DNA from: Lama guanicoe
Taxonomy: Eukaryota
Length of the DNA: 64,000 nt
Assembly: GCA_013239625.1 (NCBI GenBank)
Contig: MU053557.1
Coordinates: forward strand, 2,882,123 to 2,946,122
Direction of reading: 5' to 3'
Program-made: the position numbers and the translations under genes
The notes under the pieces: model-generated
What the model saw: the letters and a program-made list of their open reading frames with translations, nothing else
Told to the model about the DNA's origin: nothing
Database searches by the model: none
Shown here: piece by piece, positions 1-12,918 of the stretch
How positions within the stretch are numbered: the stretch's first letter is position 1
Layout of the letters: each line of letters starts with the position of its first letter

Positions 1-1505
1 TTCAGTCATGACATGAACTTCTTTGAAGGCAGCGTTTTCCTGGCTTAGACGTGCTGAGCTGAAATTGATGACTGCGTGTCAGGATGGATAGCTGGACTCA
101 ATATCCTCATGCCCTCTGTTCCCTTTAAGACATGTCATTTATTGAAAACAATACTTTCCCTGCTGAGCTTAAAAAATAAAATCAATTACGTTTTTCATCC
201 CAGGATTATATTATCTCTAAAGTGCCTTCTAAACAAAAAATCCCATGTGTCTCTAGATTCTAGAAACTACAGTAAATGTAGTCCCTACAGTAAATGTTGA
301 AATGATGATGAAAAAGAAACAGCTTAGTTAACTAAATTATTTGAGACCAGCAATGTGGTAACTGTTGTTGTATTAGGCTGCATTTCTCATGGGACCCTTT
401 GAAGAGAACCAAGGTAGGTTGAATTAGGCAGCATTCAATGCTGGCTTCAGACGATCAAATTTATAAACACATATTTAGTGATGTCCTCCTGGTGTCAGAC
501 ACAATGCTAGGTATAGCTACTGTGGAGAAAAGGTGTCAAGACAGACACTGGGCACGCTTAGAACAGAAGGTGATGACGTTATAAAAGACTTTTTGCCATC
601 TCCCTCTTGGCCAGTTAAAATGAATTAGAATGATCCAAGGCATTAGCATTGAGTTCTTGCTTTGTATAGTTCAGCCTACAAATCAAATACTGCTCTGTGT
701 CTATTAATGCAAGACCATAATTCACAGAGAAAGGTTTCAGGAGGTCAGTATTTATAACTTCCAAACTGTTTCATTTGCAAGAACTATAAATGGAAAATCT
801 GGCACGTGGTTAGAAATGTAGATCTTCTGATACATAAATTTACTCCATTGATTTTTATGTATTTCTTAAACTGTGCACTGCTACTTTCAATATTGTTTTG
901 GAACAGATTGACCATAAACATTTAAATAACTGCTGTTCAACAATCAAAGCTATTCACAACAGTAGCTGTTTGCAAATACAAATGTGATCTGTTGAGGTCA
1001 AGAAAGGAAAGTCAAATAGAAAAGATTCAAAGGAAATTATTAGGCCAAAACAAGAGAAAGTTCCTAAGATAATGCTTGCAATGTATTAGGTGCTCAGTAA
1101 ATATTTTTTGGAATGAGATATATGCATAAACGTTTCTACCACCAACATGGGGATGTGAGAGATGGAAGATTTTTAGCTTTCATGATGACTAAAATGATGT
1201 AACTATGGAAACATGGAGAAGTGAGAGCTAATGCTAACTAAATATTTTTACTTTGCTTTTTAATCTATTCATTAGTTTCAAGGATATGTGCTAAAATCAC
1301 ACAGTGCTTTAAATCCAAGGTCTACCATCAAAATAAAGCAAGTGACCCTTGCCTTAATGACTAGTCTAAGAGATATTCTCATTATGTGACTTGAATACCT
1401 AGTCTTTCCATTGTAGCATGTGAAAGATGTTAGTCAGTTAATCATTGTTTTAAGTATGTCCTCGGGAAGCCTTCTTCAGCCTCCTATGCTAAGTTCAATT
1501 ATCCT

Positions 1506-1775
1506 GTGTGACAGCTATGGGATGGCTCTGCTCATTTCTCCCTTCAGGGAACATGAGCTGTGAGGAGTGTAGTCGGCTGCATCTTCCAGCTGCCACACCT
1601 TCAGGATTCACCACAGCATCACCACTGAGGCCCTGCTCCCCCTGGGATGCTCCAAACCAATGACTGAGTGAGGCATGGGTACTAGATTTGTCTGTTCCTG
1701 ACAGCCTTTGCTCTGGGGCTCCCACTCATCTGGCCAAGGCTTTCTCAGAGTTGCATAACTATAAAAGACTTCTCT
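1506..1775 (+). mobile_element. LTR16-like ERVL LTR fragment
   Basis: Begins TGTGACAGC. Contains ctcccttca, tccagctgccacaccttc, ccaatgactgag and ggctttctcagag blocks typical of LTR16. Confidence 0.6.
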
Positions 1776-1939
1776 TCCATTTTATATTTTTAAAAAATTT
1801 AACTTACTAGACCAAACATTTGACATATTAAACAAAAAAGAATAACAATGAATTTTGTTATAAATACATATATTGTACATATGTACATATTTGTATACAT
1901 ATATTCTATGTAGAAATATTTGCATAAAGGTCAGAAATG

Positions 1940-3340
1940 GAAAGGAATAATACTGTATATATTACACATAAGTGGTATAACACTCAGACTGTGATAAACT
2001 GGATTCGTATTATAAATTCTAGAGCAACCATAAAAGAAACCAGAAAGGTATAGCTAATGTCAACAGAGGAGATACTATGCTAAAAATAGTCAATATGAAT
2101 GAAGAAAGGAAAAGAGGAAACCCAAAGGCTATGAGAAAATATTTGCAAATCATGTATCTGATAAGGGATTGTATCTAGAATAAAGAACTCAGAACTCAAT
2201 TGTAAGAAAGCAAACAACCTGATGAAAAATGGGCAAAAAGTCTGAACAGACACTTAACCAAAGAAGACAACAGATGACAAGAGCATGAAAAGAAGCCCAG
2301 CTTCATGAGTCATTAGGGAAATGCAAATAATTAAATCCACAATAAGATACCATTACACACCTACTAGAATGACTAAAATTAAAAGACTGATTTTACCAAA
2401 TGTCAGAAAGAATGTGGAGGAAGTGGATCACTCAAACATTGCTGGTGGAACTATAAAACGTACAACCATTTTAGAGAACAATTTGCAACTTCCTAAAATA
2501 TTCCCGTCATTTTATCCAGCCATCCCATTCCTAGGTATTTACTACAGAGAAAAAAATATCTCCATATAAAGATTGTTCATAAATAATCCCAGCTGCTTTA
2601 TCTGTCATAGTCCCAAACTTGAAATAATCCAAATGCCCATGAACAGGTAGATAGATAAATAAAAGTGTTCATACAATGAAACACTTCTCGGCAGTAAGAA
2701 GACTGAACTGTTGATACAGACAGCAACATGGACAGTTCTTAAAATGATCATGCTGAGTGACAAAAGCCAGGAAAAACCCATACTGTCTGATTCTACATGC
2801 ATAAAATTCTAAAAAATGAAAACTAATCTAAGTCAGGGAAAGGGAAGGAAAGGGCACAAGGAAACATTAAGGGTGAGAGATATCTTCATTCTCTTAATTG
2901 GTGACAGTTTCATGGGTATATATATATATATCAAAACTTATCTAATTGTATCTTTTAATATGTACAATTTACTATATGTCAACTATACCTCAATAAAGCT
3001 GTTGACATTGGCAAACTATTTGAGTAAGTATTTCTCAAATATGTGCAAATGGCCAGTAGGCACATGAATAAATGCCGAACATCTTTAGCCACTAAGAAAA
3101 TGAAAATTAAATGAAAATGAAAATTAAAACCACCATAAGACACTACTACACACCCACCAGAATGTGTAAAATTAAAAAGTGGCAATTCCAAATGTCGGCC
3201 AATATGTGAAGCAACAAGAACTCTTACATACTACTGGTGGGAGTGTACAACGACACAACCACTTTGTATTCACTTTGGGAAAAAAAGGTTTACAATTTCT
3301 TATAACATCAAGCATACCCTTACCACATGACCCAACAGCT
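1940..3340 (+). mobile_element. Old L1 (L1M-type) ORF2-end and 3' UTR fragments
   Basis: Degenerate MQIIKSTIRYHYTPTRMTKIK (ORF2 C-terminus), atatttgcaaatcatgtatctgataaggg, and 3' end tatacctcaataaag near 2990. A second copy of the ORF2 end lies at about 3050-3340. Confidence 0.8.
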
Positions 3341-3344
3341 ATCG

Positions 3345-6200
3345 TGAATAGCACAGCTGTGCACATTCTTGTGCATGTATTTGATGAACATCTGCATGCA
3401 TTTTTATCAAGTATATTCTTAGCAGTGGAATAGCTTGGTCATGGTGTATGTGTATCTTCAGGATTAGTGGATTTGCCAAAGAGTTTTCCAAAGTAGGTGT
3501 AACAATTTACACTCCCACCAGTATATGAGATTTCCAGTACCACTGCATTCACAATCACCCTGGGTGTTTCATTTTAGCCATTCTGGTCAGCGTGTAGTAA
3601 TAGTTTTCTGTGGTTTTAATGTGCATTTCTCTGATAATTAATAGAATTGAGGACATTTTCATGTGCTTGTTGGCCATTTCACATTTCACGTGCTGTTTGG
3701 TCATTTGTATATTCTATTTTTTGAAGTGCATGTTCAAGTCTCTTGCCCATGTTTCCCCCAAGTTGTGAAGGTTTTTGTATTTATTTGTAGTTCTTTATAA
3801 TCTGGGTTTGAGTCTGTTGTTAGTTACATGTTTTGTTAACCTATTTTCCCACACTGTGATTTGCCTTTTCCGTCTCTTAACCTTTCTTTTGATGAATAGA
3901 AAACTGTAGTTTTAGTAGTCCAAAATTTTAGTAGTCCAATTTGTTAATATTTCCTTTATGGTTATAACTTTTTATGTCCCATTTAAAAAGTTTTTACTTA
4001 TCCATGGTCATGAATGTTATCTTCCAAAAATTTACTATTTTAGTTTAAACATTTAGACCAACAATTCCTATGGAATTGTTTTAAGTACATGTAGTAGGGG
4101 CCAGACTTTTTTTCACAGAAGAGACACCATATTTTTCCAATATTACTTATTAAAAAGGCTACCTTTTCTCTACTGACCTGCAGTGTCACCTTTTCATAAA
4201 TTGGAAGTCCACATAAATGTGGGTGTGTTTCTGGGCTTCATATCCTATTATTTGTGTGTGTGTGTGTTATGTCTAATGCCCAATATCTTAATTATTGTAA
4301 CTTTGTAAGAAATCTTGACTAATTCCTGGCTTAAATCCTGGTTAATTCCTCCAATCTCCTTTAAAATGTACTGGCCATTTTTTTGTCCTTTGCAATTACA
4401 TATAAATTTTGAATCAACTTTTTAATTTCCACAAAAACAATTCTGGAATTTTGATTAGGATTAGAATTCTCTGTAGATCAATTTGGGGAAGAATTGGCAA
4501 TTTTATAATGCTGAATATTCTAACCTATGAACATGACATCTCTAATTATTTGTCATTTTTTTCTTTCTATTGAAAAAATTGTTTTAGTGTTTTTGTTGAT
4601 GTTTTGAATGTATTTCTTTAGATTTAATCCTAAATATTTGATGTTTCTATTGTTATTATAAATCATACCATCTAAAAAAAAGTCATCCTAAATGTTTGTT
4701 TCTATTATGTAGAGATACAACTTAATTTTTGTAAGTTAACTAGGTAGCTAAAAACATTGTGAAATAATCTATTCTAATAGTCTATAAATTCGTATTTCCT
4801 ACCTATACAATTATGTCATTGGCAAATTATGATACTTTATGCCTTCTTTCCAATCCTTACATGTTTATTTCTTTCTCTTGCCTTACTGTCCTGACTAGAA
4901 ACTAACACAATGTCAAGTGGAAGTTGTGACAGAAGATGTCTTTATATTATTTCCAAACTCCAGAAAAACTTTCACCATTTCACCAATGAGTATGACATTT
5001 GGTATAGGGTTTTTGGGATACCCCTCATTAGGATAAAATGTTCCCTTTTATGTGTATTTGCTAAGAGATTTTATTATATTTACAATACAGTTTTTAAAAA
5101 TTCAGTCTGAGAACCTTTGCTTTTAGTCCATTTACTGTAACTAACTGACCTCATGATTATTTGTATTTTACTTGTCCCACTTGCTCTATATTTTTCATTC
5201 TATCCTTTTTTGCCCTCTTTTGGATCAACTGTGTATTTTTTAATTTTAAAATTTTCTCCTCTCTCAGCTTATTACTTATACATTATTTTACCCTTTTAAA
5301 GTAATGGTTATACTACAGATTATAGTATACACCTAATAATTATTAGAGTATAATTTATGTTAAGAGCTTTACTCTTTCCCCTCCAAAGCTCAGCCCTTAA
5401 CCATTTTAATTTCCTTACTCTGTGCATCTCTCCCTTCTGCATTTTATGTTACCTTTGCCTGTATTTTAAACTGCTCATGCTTAAAATGTTTAAAACTAGT
5501 TATTATTTAAATTTTTTTCAATAGCTGGTATTTCTCATTGTTCTTCATTAACTTCTGAATTTTAAAATGCATGTCTACTTAACAATAAATCATCCCATAT
5601 TTTATTTATTTGAAAATGTCTTTATTTTACCTTTGCATTTGAAGGACATTTTTAGAGGATATAGAATTCTATAGTGGTGGTATTTTCTTTCAGTATTTTT
5701 AAAGTTGTCATGCCATTGTCCTCTGGATTCCATATTGTCTGTTGAAAACTCAGCTGTACAACTGCTTTTCTCTTAATGGTAGTATGGTTTTGTCTCTGTT
5801 TTTAAGATTTTCTTTGTCTTTAATTTTCAGCAGTAAAATACTATGACAGACCTAACCATGATTTTCTTTTTATTTATCTTCCTTGGCATTAATAGCACTT
5901 CTTTAATCTGTAGCCCAAAGACTTTCATCAATTTTAGAAAAATTTCAAGCAGAATCTTCTCAAATATTGATTTTGCCCATTATCTCACTTTCTTCTACTT
6001 CTTGGACTTCTGTTACAAATATTAGACCTATTTATTATGTTCCATGTAACTTTTAGTCTCTTTTCTTATTCTTCATACTTTTTCACTTCATTGTTTCAGT
6101 GTGGATATATTTTACTGACCTACTTTCCTGGTCAGTAATCTTCTCTATTGCTCCAGTATCACACCTCTTAAATCTATTGATCGAGTTCTTAATTGGAGTT
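3345..6200 (-). mobile_element. Old L1 fragments, reverse orientation
   Basis: T-rich sequence with antisense L1 motifs such as aatttacactcccacca, ttagccattctgg, tagatcaatttgggg and ggatatagaattcta. Confidence 0.75.
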
Positions 6201-7469
6201 ACTGAATTTTTTATAATCTCTTAGCCCAAGATTTTTATCTGTTGCTATGACATGGCCCCAGAATTTACCTTGCTTCTCCCTGCTCCCCCTTAACTCCCAC
6301 CAAACTATCTTCCTTGTTCGTTATCCTTGTAACATCTGCCTGCTGTTTCAAGAAATGCAACATTGGTTAGAGCTGTAGTGTCCCCAGAAGCTTTCTCTTG
6401 TTGTTTGTGTTCCTCTAGTAAAGAGCCCATTATGTTGCCTGCTTGGAGTAATTAAATATTGTTTGTATATCAGAGCGCACCTCTCTGCCAGTGCTGGAGA
6501 GCATCACTGACATAGTGCCTGCTGGCTTAAAAGAAGGAAGATCAGAATTGATGTGAGAGTTTCCACAATGCAGGGCTTTGACTTTTCTCCAACAGCAAAG
6601 CAATTACTCATCTAGATGACTTGGGCCAGATGAATCCTGACTGAAGGGGTACCACCCTACATTAATGAGAAGCAGGGTCTTAATGCTGGACTCTAGCCAA
6701 ATCCCATTACATATGTTAAAGAAGTTGTAATTATCTGAAATTCTTTGAGGATAAAGGGCTAGTGGAAGAGAAAGGGGGAGAGGGTTCAGCGTATCTGCTT
6801 CAAATGCCACAGTTCCCTGTTTTTACCCTCAAGTGTGGATGCCCCAGTCTCCTTTGCTGGTTCTTCATCTGTACAACCTATAAATACTGGAAACTTCCCA
6901 GGGCTTGATCTTGGGCCTCTTTCTATTCTATTGAGAACAAGCTTTAATTTTTCTCTAATGATCACCCAGGCTCATGGCTTTAAATACCTCCTCTTCTTCT
7001 AACTCTGTTTTCTTGCTAATATTCCAGACTCAGATATCCAGTGACCTATTTGATGTCCCCTGATCAATACGTAATACGTAACTCACAGTTAATCCCTTTA
7101 AACAGAAGTCTGTATACAGGCCCTCCTGAAACAACTATTGTACTGTAGCAACCCAGCAAGTACTAACACATCATTCTGCTCTTATTTTTATCAGTAGAGG
7201 CTTTAGGTGTTCGATATATCATTCTGTGTACTTATGATTTATAGTCTGCTTCCTCTTGTTGGAATATAAGTCCCGTTAGAACAGAGGTATGTCTGTTTTG
7301 CTTGCTACTGTTCGGCCAGTACCCATATTTTGTTCCAGAGCGTAGTAAAAGGAACTGAGTGACTATTTGTGGAATGAAGGTGAGAAGACTGTGCCTCTGT
7401 TTCTTGAGATGACATTTGGCTGGAGTGGAGTTGGGAGGGATGTGGGTGGTTTGAGGTTTCACCCTCATT

Positions 7470-8455
7470 CTCGGTTACATGTAAGCCTACACAGCAAGTC
7501 AGCCTGCATTCTGGGGATATCACTCATATCCCTCATTCACACCACACTTGCTTATCCAATCCACCGGCAACCCTATCAACTCTCTCTCCAAAATCATTCA
7601 CCCCAAACCATTCTTTGCTCTTCATTACCTCTGCTGCCTCCTAATCCAAGCCTCCTTCCTCCCATTCCCGTCAGCTGTGAGAGCCTCCCTGGATTCTCCA
7701 CACAGTAGCCAAAGTGGTATTTAGAAAGAACATAGAATATTATATATCCCTGTGCTCTTTTATTTTTTTTAATTTTTCAAATATTTTTATTTATTATTTT
7801 TATTTATTTATTGTCATATTATTTTAGAGGGTTTTTGGGGGGGTAATTAGGTTTATTTTTAATGAAGATACTGAGGATTGCACCCAGGACCTAGTGCATG
7901 GTAAGCATGTGCTCAACCACTTGAGCTATACCTTCCCCCCATCCCTGTCCTCTTTTTAATCACCCAAGGCTTCCTATTACACCTGAAAAAAAAACCAAGC
8001 TCTTCATCATAGCTTCTGAGGCCATACATGGTCTGGCCCCTGCCCTCCTCTATAATGACTGTGGGTCTCTCCACTCTCTGCTTTACTAACTAAGCTCTGG
8101 CCACACTGCCCTGCTTCCTTTATGATAACATAGCAAGCTTAAGGCCACTCTGAATTACTGTTCCCTCTGTCTGGAAGTTCCCCTTCCCTGGTTTTTCTGT
8201 GGTTGAAGACCTTATAGCTTTCAAGCCTCCAGTTTCCCTAACCATCCTATCCATGGCCACTTCATTTTCCATTATCTCATTGTCCTGTATTATATCCTTC
8301 ACAGTTCTGATAGCCAAATGAATTTCTCTTATTTACTGAATTTTTTTCTTTTGATTATCTTGTTCCCTACCATTCTGCCAGCATCAAAAACAATATAGAA
8401 CACACAATAGATGCTCATTACTTATTTGTGGAACATATAAGTGAATGAATAAACT
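7470..8455 (+). mobile_element. L2 fragment interrupted by a SINE
   Basis: Motifs ctccacacagtagccaaagtg, ggtctggcccctgcc and ctctggccacactg; 3' end gtgaatgaataaa. Confidence 0.6.
7762..7940 (-). mobile_element. Short tRNA-derived SINE (camelid-type) with A-rich tail
   Basis: On the minus strand, A-box-like tatagctcaagtgg and B-box-like gggtgcaatcc. 16-bp TSD atccctgtgctctttt (7746-7761) and atccctgtcctctttt (7941-7956). Confidence 0.85.
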
Positions 8456-9809
8456 GAAAGGAGAAACTCAGTCTCTCATACCACTGCTGCTCAAAATGTC
8501 TCCTATCTGGGAAGTCTCTGTTCATTCTTTCTTTACTTAAAAAAGAAATGGAGTAAGCTTAAAATCCATAATTTTCTCCCTGGCCTATCCTCCCTCTTTA
8601 CAGAACTATTACCAACTTCTTGTAATTAAAATGATTTAGTATCTATTGATCTCTTATTGGTGCCAGACAGTGTGCTGGATTATCTCATTTATTACACCAA
8701 CCGTCTGCAATAGATCCTATTATATAATCCGTACTTCATAAATCTGAAGTTTGGCATGTTTCCATTACTTTCTCAAGGCCACAAAACTAACCAATATTCT
8801 ATTTTACTTTCTCAAGTAAATTTAAGGAACCAAGAAACCAGTATAAGGAGAAATTTGGGATCACTGTTATTTCCCTCAACTCCCTCTACAGTCCTTGCGA
8901 TCATCAGTGATGGTGGGGTGGGTGGGGGGTGGGGTGGAGAGAGAGAGAGAGAGATTCATATCAACATGATCAGATAAAACTTTGATAGCAAACTCTGAAC
9001 TCAGCTAATTTAGCATCACCCCCCAAATGAAGAGCAAACCAAAGCCATCCTCTTCTGCTAGAACAACTCTAATTAGTGGACTCAAGGCTTTGAGTTCAGG
9101 AAAATCAGAAAGGCTGACTCTGTTCGCTCAATTAATCTTGGGGCTTAGCTTGACCAGTTCATTCTGTTATCCAAGAAACAAAATTATATGCGAAGCAGAA
9201 ACTCATTGACGTACCACCAAGAAGTGTACAGTCTGAAGTGGAAGAGACCAGGAAGAGAGAAAGAGTTCAGGAAACTCTCAGGAAGATAAAAGACCACACA
9301 ACCTCAACTGTCTTGGTGAAGACTGAAGGAAAAGGAGAGTTCAGATGTCTAAGCAATTGGCTAAAATTTAAATTTTCTATCTGGTTGTTCGGCATCATGA
9401 AGTTAGAATCATGTTGATGCACTTAGCAGAGCATTTTTTTTAATTGTTGCTTTTGTTCAACACATTTTTACTTAGAATTTTAATTTTTTTAATGATTGTA
9501 CCATAACTTTCTTTTTTTAAATTGAAATACAGTCAGTTTACAGTGTTGTGTCAATTTCTGGTGGAAGAATTTTTATTTTCTAATTTAATACCTTAGGGTA
9601 TAAAATGTGGGGTATTTTTTAATATAATAAAAAAGGATAATCAGCCTTGGCCTCAAATCCATTAAATGCAGTCATACAATCATATCGTTAGGAAGGCTGT
9701 TTTTTGAATCAGTAACAATTTACTGATGGATTAATTTGTGTCTAGATCAGCCAGTGGTGGGTGCAAAATATTAAAGAGATCACTGGCAAATAGTATCACA
9801 TGATTTAAA

Positions 9810-10000
9810 TGTGTCAGGAATTTTGCTAAGCACTTTCTGTGAATTAGCTCACCTAATTTCACACCAACCCTTTGAGGAAGGGATTATTATAAGCCCAGTT
9901 TTACAAATGAGCAGACTAGATGTCAGAGAGGTTAAGTAATTGTTCAGGTCAGTGGGCAGTAGTGTCAGGTGACCCCAGACAGTCTAACGTGAGAGTCCAA
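9810..10000 (-). mobile_element. MIR SINE
   Basis: MIR core attattataagcccagttttacaaatgagcagact...agagaggttaagtaa. Further MIR copies lie at about 11630-11850(-), 17190-17370(+), 21170-21410(+), 23900-24050(+), 30480-31010(+), 35870-36060(-), 43910-44110(+) and 57950-58140(-). Confidence 0.7.
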
Positions 10001-12011
10001 ACATGGCAAAATACAACTCTTCAAGGAACCTACAGTTTCTTTGGGGGAAAAAAACATAGACGTAGGTAAGAAACAGTTACATCACAACACAAGAGTCTGG
10101 GAGATCAATGGTCCATGCATGAGGCTATTCCACAGGCTCACTTAGATAGCACCCCAGTGTCGAGAGCAGACCAGGCTCAAGACAGAGTGACTCTCGACAC
10201 CACTATCTAAGGGAAACTGAGCTCCAAGAGAGTAACTTGCGGACAAAAAGCAAGTCGGATGGGAAGCCATGCTTGAATCTGGGAGATCATACATACAGAC
10301 TAGATTCCCTGCCCCCACACACTCTGAAACTTCCTTGTACGTAGTTGCCTTCGCCTCCTTTCTAAAAGCGACTTTTCCTCAACACAATCTAGTCTGTCCC
10401 ACAAACAAGCAGCTGGCAAATCGAGGGTGTGATACTACGTGGAGAAAGAGGTATTGGGATGGGCAAATCCTCATTCTCACCTACCTTATGCTCTTTCTGC
10501 CACCTAGGATTTTATTTCTAGTTCCTCAGGACAGGTTTACGGTGCAGTTGAGAGTTTGACACTGGGTGGTGTGTGTGTACACGTGTGTGTATAGGCTGAG
10601 ACACCGTTGTGTGCCACCGGGGGAGTGTACGTGCATGACATCTGGACAACAGCACTGCAAACCACCAGGCCCCCAGGAGTGGGGTGAGGAGAGACGACTC
10701 AGGCCAGGAATAGCATTTCCCGACTGCCCACTCACTGGCACACTGCCAGGAGGTTTTACTTTATTCTCTAAGTTCTAATCTTCAGATTCACAGGAAAATA
10801 TGATATTGCTGAAACTGGTGGTGAGATACTTTTTATCAAAATTAGCAAGATTAATTACAAGGCTCTAATCTCCTGAGGGCAGGGACCATGTCTGTTTCAT
10901 TTACCATTGCGTACCAGTATCCTGGCACGAAGTCAGGACCTAGTAAGTGTTTGTCGAATGAATATATGAATAATAAATGAATGTAATATTTTGTATTATT
11001 TGGATCAGATCCTCCCAGTGCATCATTGCTCTCCTGGGTCACTGAGAAGCTGGCAACTCTGATTGTATTCAAAATATGGGCTGTTTTTGGAAGCAAGGCT
11101 CTTTGACTCATTAGCAACCCACTCCATCGTATTTTCCTAGGGGTGTGTAGATATGTAATTCAATCATCAAGCAGTTACTGAGTGCTACTGTCTGAACACT
11201 GTGAGAGGGAACTGGGGATGGTGCTTTGAACAAGTCAAACAAGTCTTTGTTTCCTTAGAGCTTCCTCTCTCGTAGGTTGCGTGTCATAATAAACACATGT
11301 ATATTATGACTGGTGGCAATACATGCTAAGAAAAAGTAGGGCAAGGAGAAAAAGAATGATGGGAGAGCACTATTGATGCAGTTTGGTCCCAACTATCTTC
11401 CCTGAGGAAAGCATCATCTAGGGTCTAGAATTAGTTTAAGAAGGATTTCACGAGGCCAGCCCTCACCACTGAAAAGTAGTCAAGGATTTCAATGGTGCTA
11501 AGTCATCAAAATTTGGGGAAATTTTCTTCCACTGGATTGTTCAGGAATCTATTCAATGAGTGGCTGGTGGAATAAAAAGAGGGCAAAAGTGATCAAGAAA
11601 GTGAACTTCTAGAGGAAATGATGGTGGGATTATAATAGCCAACATGCTGTGAGCAATTGCCATGGGCTGGTAAGCACTTTATGGTCATTATCTTCATTTA
11701 TTATCAGAAGACTGCCATGCAACAGGCACTATTCTCATCCCCCTTTTACGGCAAATAAGGCACAGAAAGATTAAGTAAGCTGCCGAAAGACACTCAGCTA
11801 GCAGATGCAAATTTCAGTACGGGACCCAGGCCACCTGACTCCAAGGAGAAATGATTAAGTTATTCCCTTGTAGAGTTAAGGACACTGTATCTGGGATCCA
11901 AAGTTTTTAAACTACCAGTATAAAAACTGGTATATGCTTCTTTGAGACATATAATGAATGATAGGACTTACGTATTTGAGATGATTATTTTTAAAGAAAG
12001 CTACAAAGTCT

Positions 12012-12918
12012 TCAACTTGCATTTCTCTAATAATTAGCGATACTGAACATTTTTTCATGTGCCTGTTGGCCATTTGTAGGTCTTCAGTGGAGAACTGCAA
12101 ATAAAACTACAATGAGGTATCACCTCACACCAGTCATCATTAAAAGGTCTACAACTGACAAATGCTGGAGAGGCTATGGAGAAAAGGGAACCCTCCTACA
12201 CTGCTGGTGGGAATGTAGTTTGGTGCAGCCATTATAGAAAACAGTATGGAGATTCCTTAAAAAACTAAAAATAGACATATCATATGATCCAGAAATCCCA
12301 CACCTGGGCATATATCCAGAGTGAACTTTAATTCAAAAAGATATATGCACCCCAATGTTCACAGCAGCACTATATACAATAGCCAAGACATGGAACCAAA
12401 ATGTCCATCGACAGATGATTGGATAAAGAAGCTGTGGTATATTTATACAATAGAATACTACTCAGTCATAAAAAAAGAATAAAATAATGCCATTTACAGC
12501 ATCATGGATGGACTTAGAGATTGTCATTCTAAGTGAAGCAAGCCAGAAAGAAAGAAAAATACCATATTATATCACTTATATATGGAATCTAAAAAAAATG
12601 AACTTATTTACGAAACAGAAACAGACTCACAGATACAGAAAACAAACTTATGGTTATGGGGTGGGTGGAGGGGTAGGGTGTAGGATGGGATAGACTGGGA
12701 GTTCTAGATTTGCAGATGCTAATATATATATAATAGATAAACAATAAGTTCATACTGTATAGCACAGGGACTTATATTCAATATCTTGTAGTAACTAATA
12801 GTGAAAAAGAATATGTATGTTCATATATGACTGAAGCATTATGCTGTACACCAGAAATTGACACATTTCAAACTGACTATACTTCAATTACATATATATA
12901 TATATATATATATTTAAA
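12012..12918 (+). mobile_element. 5'-truncated, 5'-inverted young L1
   Basis: Exact 19-bp TSD aaagaaagctacaaagtct (11993-12011 and 12919-12937) at a TT|AAAG site. 12012-~12097 is antisense ORF2 end, the rest is sense ORF2 end plus 3' UTR, and the tail carries (TA)n. Confidence 0.93.

Noticed and set aside
10476..10508. Minus-strand donor-like AAG|GTAGGTGAG with a possible 19-nt micro-exon
   Set aside because: The upstream AG lacks a pyrimidine tract and no recognisable peptide results.
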